Assembly (NCBI GenBank): GCA_963821525.1
Contig: CAWGED010000006.1
Span: 42,792 to 106,791, forward strand
DNA from: an uncultured Gemmatimonadales bacterium
Lineage (GTDB): Bacteria; Gemmatimonadota; Gemmatimonadetes; Gemmatimonadales; GWC2-71-9
Reading direction: 5' to 3'
DNA: 64,000 nucleotides
Shown here: positions 59,120 through 64,000 of the stretch, piece by piece
How positions within the stretch are numbered: the first letter of the stretch is position 1
How the letters are laid out: each line of letters begins with the position of its first letter
Notes under the pieces: model-generated
What the model was told of the DNA's origin: nothing
The model's database searches: none
What the model saw: the letters and a program-made list of their open reading frames with translations, nothing else
Made by a program: the position numbers and the translations under genes

Positions 59120-59265
59120 TGATGGAATTTCAGATTGAAGATTTCAGATTGAAGATTGCGAGGACACTTTCCGAGAAGCTGTTTTTCAATCTGCAATCTT
59201 CAATCTGCAATCTTCAATGATTACGGCACGCCGCACGAACTCTCACATTCCACCTTGGGGGCGCT

Positions 59266-60123
59266 ATGAAGATCTTTGGAATGCACGACGACACGACGCG
59301 GGCGCAGCTGGCCAAGGTGGCGGAGCGAGCCCGCAAGGTCGCCCTGATGGCGGACGGCCATGTGGGCTACGTCATGCCGATCGGTGGTGTCGCCGCGTAC
59401 GACAACGCGGTCTCGGTCGTGGGCGTGGGCTTCGACATCGCCTGCGGCAATGCCGCAATCCGGACCGACAAGACGGTCGATGATCTGGGTAACACGGGCA
59501 CCCAGGTGGCTCGGCGCTTGACCAATCTGGCGGACGAAATCGCCGAAACGCTGAGCTTCGGCGTGGGCCGGAAGAACCAGTCAGACGACGCGCCGGTGAA
59601 TGACCCGCTGTTCGAGGATCCCGCCTGGAGCGCGGTGCCCGCCAAGCATCGTCAGGCGCTGCAGGTGAAGGCGCGCCAGCAGCTGGGTACCGTCGGAAGC
59701 GGCAACCACTACGTCGACGTCTTCGCCGACGAGACGGGTGCGCTGTGGGTTGGTGTCCATTTCGGCAGCCGGGGTTTTGGCCACACCGTCGCCTCGAATT
59801 TCCTGGCGCTGGGCCAGGGAGCGAAGTGGGGTGAGAGGGTGCCGGAAACCGAAGTGCTCCTGTCGCTGGATCAGCCGATGGGCCATGACTACTGGCACCT
59901 GATGGAGCTGGCGGGCCGGTATGCCTATGCGGGCCGGGAGTGGGTGGCCCGGAAGGTCGTGTCGCTCCTGAATGCCCGGGAGATGGAGCTGGTGCACAAC
60001 CACCACAACTTCGCCTGGAAGGAACAGCACGAAGGTGAGGAGCTGGTGGTGGTGCGCAAGGGTGCGACACCCGCCTTCCCCGGTCAGCTTGGCTTCATCG
60101 GAGGTTCGATGGGAGACGACGCA
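59266..60123 (+). CDS. rtcB: RtcB family RNA ligase, 3'-truncated
   Basis: LMADGHVGY.MPIGGV, VGFDIACG, LGTVGSGNHY, HFGSRG, HNHHNFAW, VRKGATPA and GGSMGD. The expected HGAGR C-terminal part is missing. Confidence 0.9.
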
Positions 60124-60897
60124 AGAGGCGCCGCGACCACGTCAACCAGCCCCGATTCCTGGTAGTTCGACCAGTAGAACTGGGCGAGTGCGAACGAGAG
60201 GGCCGCTGACGGCCAGGGCCGGCCAGACGGCAAGGGTCTCGCGCCAGCCCACCATGCTCCGAACGAGCCAGAGGGGAAGGATGGGCCGAGAGCGGGGGCA
60301 GGATTCGCCCCGTCATGGCGCTCAAGGCCGTCTCGGGCAACCCAGTGACGCCCGCCAGGACCCGAATCGGGTTGCCGACGCCCCCCCAGGCCACCGGCAC
60401 GGTGTTGGCGACGAGGCAGAGCGTCGCCGCCTGGAATGGGTCGAACCCCAGCCCGATCAAAACGAGCCCTGCGATGGCCACGGGCCCACCGCCGCCGCCG
60501 GTGACCTTCAGGAACGCCCCCGAAGCAGAACGCGATCAGAGGGATGGTCCGGGGCGCTTGTCCGACGACAGCACGGCGATGGACTCCTTCATCACCCGGA
60601 ACTGACCCGTCTCCACCGCGATCTCATAAAGGAAGATCGACGCGATGATGATCCAGGCGATCCGAGAAGAAACCGAACTGCACGCCCAACGCGGCACGAT
60701 GCGGGCGATCTGCGTCGTCGGCATGCCGAAGACGACCCAGGCCAGGAGTACGCCGCGATCATCCCCGCCATCGCCGCCACCCACACCCGCCCCGCGGCGG
60801 CAGGAGCACGAAAAACAGCGTCAACACCGGCACCGCCGCCACGAGCGTGGAGAGGGGCCAGGAGTTGGGGGTCGTAGTTCTGGTTGCAGGTGGTCAT
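60124..60897 (-). CDS. L-lactate permease, 3'-truncated and frameshifted
   Basis: Fragments NQNYDP, IAWIIIASIFLYEIAVETGQF, LVANTVPVAWGGVGNPI, AMTGRILP and QFYWSNY. Confidence 0.75.
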
Positions 60898-61034
<137 letters not shown>

Positions 61035-61046
<12 letters not shown>

Positions 61047-62275
61047 CCGAAGCCACTCAGCGCAATCCGCGCCGCGATGAAGGAGGCAAACACCCGTGGC
61101 CCGCTCTTCTCGAGGGCCGAGTTCGGCATCAGGCAGGTCCGGACGCCGGGGCCGCGGGAGAAGTACTGGCGGTAGATCGCGTTCATGGCGCTGGTAGTCC
61201 TTCATGTCGCGCAGGTAGACGCATCCCGAGACGATGTCTTCGAGCGTCAGCCCGGCCGCCTCGAGGACCGCGACGTGGTTCCGCGCCATCTGGTGGACCT
61301 GCTCGTCCAGGTCGCCCGCCGCGACCCCTCCCGTGGGATTCGGAGCCGGAGAGCCCGGACATATACAGCGTGTTCCCCGCCCACACGGCGGGACTTGCCG
61401 TCACGGCGCCTCGATCGGCCCGACCTTCATGCCGGCCGGCGGACGACCTTGCGGCCGGCCAGGTCGGTCGTGGCGATGCAGGTGACCTCGACGTGCGATC
61501 CGCCCGGGATCCAGTCGACGAACACGGTGGCGCAGGCGGGCTCGTTGCCGTCGTCGAAGAACTCGTTGTAGACCTTGTTGGCCACGCTCGAGGTTGTCGT
61601 AGCTTGTCGAGGAAGACGTGGCTCATGACGACGTTCCGGAAGTCCAGCCCGGCCTGCTTGAGGGTCGTCTCGACGTTCCGCATCGCCTGGCGGACTTGCT
61701 CCTCAAACGTCGCGGGGTGGCCGCCGCCGGGAAGCTGGTCGCCTTTGCCCGAAACGTAGAGCGTGTCGCCCGCCAGGATCCCGGGCTGAACGGGAAGCCC
61801 GCGGGGGGTCGCCGATCCGCTTCTGCTCCGCCGAGGTCGCCGTAGGCGATGCAGGTGATCTCGAGCCGCGACTCGCCGGGCACCTGGGAGACCCCCAGCG
61901 TCGTCCGCGCCGGCGGGTCGTCGGGGAAGAACTCGGCGTAGTGCTTGTTGAACTCGGCGTACTTGTCGCGGTCTTCCAGATAGACGAACGACTTGACCAC
62001 GTGCTTCATGTCGAGGCCGGCCGACTGCAACGACTTCCGGATCTCGTTCAGGCAGTTCTTGACCTTCTCCGGGAACTCCGCGTTAGGGCGATAGTCGCCC
62101 TTGCCCGCGATGTACAGGGTCTTCCCGACCATGACCCCCGGTGCGAACAGCCCGGACGGCCGCTTGCCATCCTGGCGTGATGAACCGCTTGGCGGGGACC
62201 TGGCCGATCGCCGGCCCGGGCCTGGCCCAGGGCGATGAGTGTACACGTGAGAACGGCGAAATGGGCTCTGCTCAT
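61035..62275 (-). CDS. Multi-domain RidA (YjgF/UK114) family protein with signal-like N-terminus, frameshifted
   Basis: Three successive RidA-like units: TLYIAG..PPARTT..LEITCIA; RNVETTLKQAGLDF; NTLYMSG..LEAAGLTLEDIV..YLRDM. The end coordinate is approximate. Confidence 0.75.
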
Positions 62276-62504
62276 GTTTCCGACCCCTTTTCTTGCCGGA
62301 TGGAGGGGACTGACTCGTCAACTTCGACGCCCGGTCTGTCGGAGCCGTTCAGCACATCCCATGACCGAACCCAGCGAGGCGGTGCGGCAGGCAAGTCTTC
62401 CTCCGGACCGGGCGGGCGGAGGCTCGACACGGGCCCACCATAACCCGGAGTATTCGGGATACCCGCGGACGGCCATCGATCTTCAGACTTAGCACAGGGG
62501 AAAC

Positions 62505-63810
62505 ATGAGAATCCTCCAGCTCTTGCTCTGCCTGCTCATGGTGCAGGTCAGCACTGTCCGCCCAGCAGCCCTACGACCTCCTGCTCCGCGGCGGGCATGT
62601 CATCGACCCCAAGAACGAGATCGGCACCGTCCGCAACGTGGCCATCCGTGGAGGCAAGATCGCGGCCGTGGCGGCGTCGATCGAGCCGTCGAAGGGTTTT
62701 CCAAGGTCGTCGACGTCTCCGGTCTTTACGTCACGCCGGGGCTGGTCGACATCCACGTGCACGTCTACGCCGGGACCGGCGAGCGCAGGTCGTACGCCGG
62801 AGACAGCAGCGTCTACCCGGACGGCTTCACCCTCCGCTCGGGCGTCACGGCCGTGGCCGACGCCGCTGCGCAGGGCTGGCGGAACTTCGACGACTTCAAG
62901 CAGCGGATCATCGACCGGGCCAGGACCCGTGTTTTTGTCTTTCCTCAACATCGTCGGTGGCGGCATGCGCGGGTCAGGGGACCGAGCAGAACATCGCCGA
63001 CATGGAGGCGAAGCCGGCGGCCGAGAAGGCCCTCAAGCACAAGGGGCTGATCGTGGGCATCAAGACGGCCCACTACATGGGCAAGGACTTCTTCGACGGT
63101 CGATAGCAGTGAGGCGGGGACGATCGCCGGCATCCCCGTGATGGTCGATTTCGGCAGGGCGTATCCGACCAAGTCGGTTGCAGGACTGCTCGCGAAGAAG
63201 CTGAGACCGGGGGACATCTACACCCACGTCTACTCCGGACTGCCAGGCGAGCTCGACCCCTCGGGGCACGCCAATCCGGGCCTGATCGAGGGACGCAAGC
63301 GGGGCGTGCTCTTCGACGTCGGCCATGGCGCGGCGAGCTTCACCTGGCACGTGGCCGTGCCGATCGTCAGGGAAGGCTTCCTCCCCGACACCATCTCAAC
63401 GGACCTGAGCGCCAACTTCCTCGGTTTCCGGGGCCAAGGACATGCTCAACGTGATGAACAAGTTCCTGGCCATGGGGCTCACGGTCGACGGCGGTGATCC
63501 TCCGCTCCACCTGGAATACGGCGCCGAGCGATCCAGCGGGAGCAACTCGGCCACCTCTCGGTCGGGTCACCGCTGACCTGGCCGTGCTGAGGCTCGACGG
63601 GGGAATTTCACGGGATTCCTCGACGCCTACGGCGGCCGGCTGAAGTCGGGAGGAAGAAGCTCTCTTGTGAGATGACCCTCCGGGACGGCAAGATCGTCTT
63701 CGAGCAGAATGGCCTGTCAGGTCCCGACTGGACCACGCTGCCGGGCGGCTATCGCGCCTTCGGGCGACCCTCGCTGGGACGGCAACCGCAGCTCCAACGG
63801 TGGATTGAGC
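62505..63810 (+). CDS. Amidohydrolase/dihydroorotase-like metallohydrolase, heavily frameshifted
   Basis: LLRGGHVIDP, TPGLVDIHVH, GIKTAH, MVDFG, LRPGDIYTH, FDVGHG and PDTISTD. The end coordinate is approximate. Confidence 0.8.
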
Positions 63811-64000
63811 CGGCTGCTGATCGACCCGCTGGACCCGAGGTTGGACCGGGATGAGGACAAGTAGGAGGGAGCTCCCGCTCCCGACCGAATTGGCAGCGAC
63901 CGGGAGTGTGAAGTTGGAGTGGCGTAACACTGCCCTTGCACGGCTTGTGCACACCGGCCGATTCTGTTGCGCTTTTCCCCCCCCTTGCGAAGGGGGGGCG

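Larger units (their letters stand above)
58771..59218. repeat. Three identical 33-nt repeats, each followed by an imperfect inverted copy
   Basis: aatttcagattgaagatttcagattgaagattg at 58771, 58951 and 59126; complementary caatct(g/t)caatc arms end near 58866, 59042 and 59218. Confidence 0.9.

Noticed and set aside
58771..59158. CRISPR array from three identical 33-nt repeats
   Set aside because: The intervals are about 145 nt and contain inverted repeat copies and a tRNA. The repeat is itself a heptamer tandem, and no cas genes are present.

Overview
High-GC bacterial DNA. The paired kinase/TolB-like/TPR genes and the intergenic palindrome families suggest Gemmatimonadota, but that is inference. 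The sequence looks like an unpolished long-read assembly: many genes are split by single-base frameshifts and are reconstructed here from adjacent ORFs. Backbone genes encode a UPF0182 protein, a Uma2 nuclease, a Bor-like lipoprotein, LigC plus a stand-alone primase-polymerase, an HtrA-like pair with a LuxR regulator, SBP56, an S8 peptidase, TetR/SDR, two kinases and TauE. They are separated by REP-like palindromes. Four accessory loci stand out. (1) 8673-24787: a translationally coupled six-gene operon of two paralogous trypsin-like proteases, a DUF6603-type giant protein and three large unknown proteins. (2) 33076-37955: a three-gene operon of a P-loop NTPase-Ser/Thr kinase fusion, an alpha/beta hydrolase and an unknown domain fused to a degenerate HATPase. 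(3) 38752-50395: an island in which a block-copolymer-like Pro/Ser/Thr/His/Arg repeat protein and a protease with an (ASPS)n tail sit among two glycosyltransferases with polypeptide-GalNAc-transferase-like motifs, three sulfotransferases, a 2OG-Fe(II) oxygenase, a methyltransferase, an SDR and a PLD. This is a candidate bacterial mucin/extensin-like sulfoglycoprotein system. (4) 58740-59266: a boxA-led array of three identical 33-nt repeats alternating with a G-U-rich hairpin and a tRNA-Ala(CGC), directly upstream of rtcB. rtcB is cut at about 60120 by a probable chimeric or rearrangement junction into a lactate permease, RidA and amidohydrolase region.
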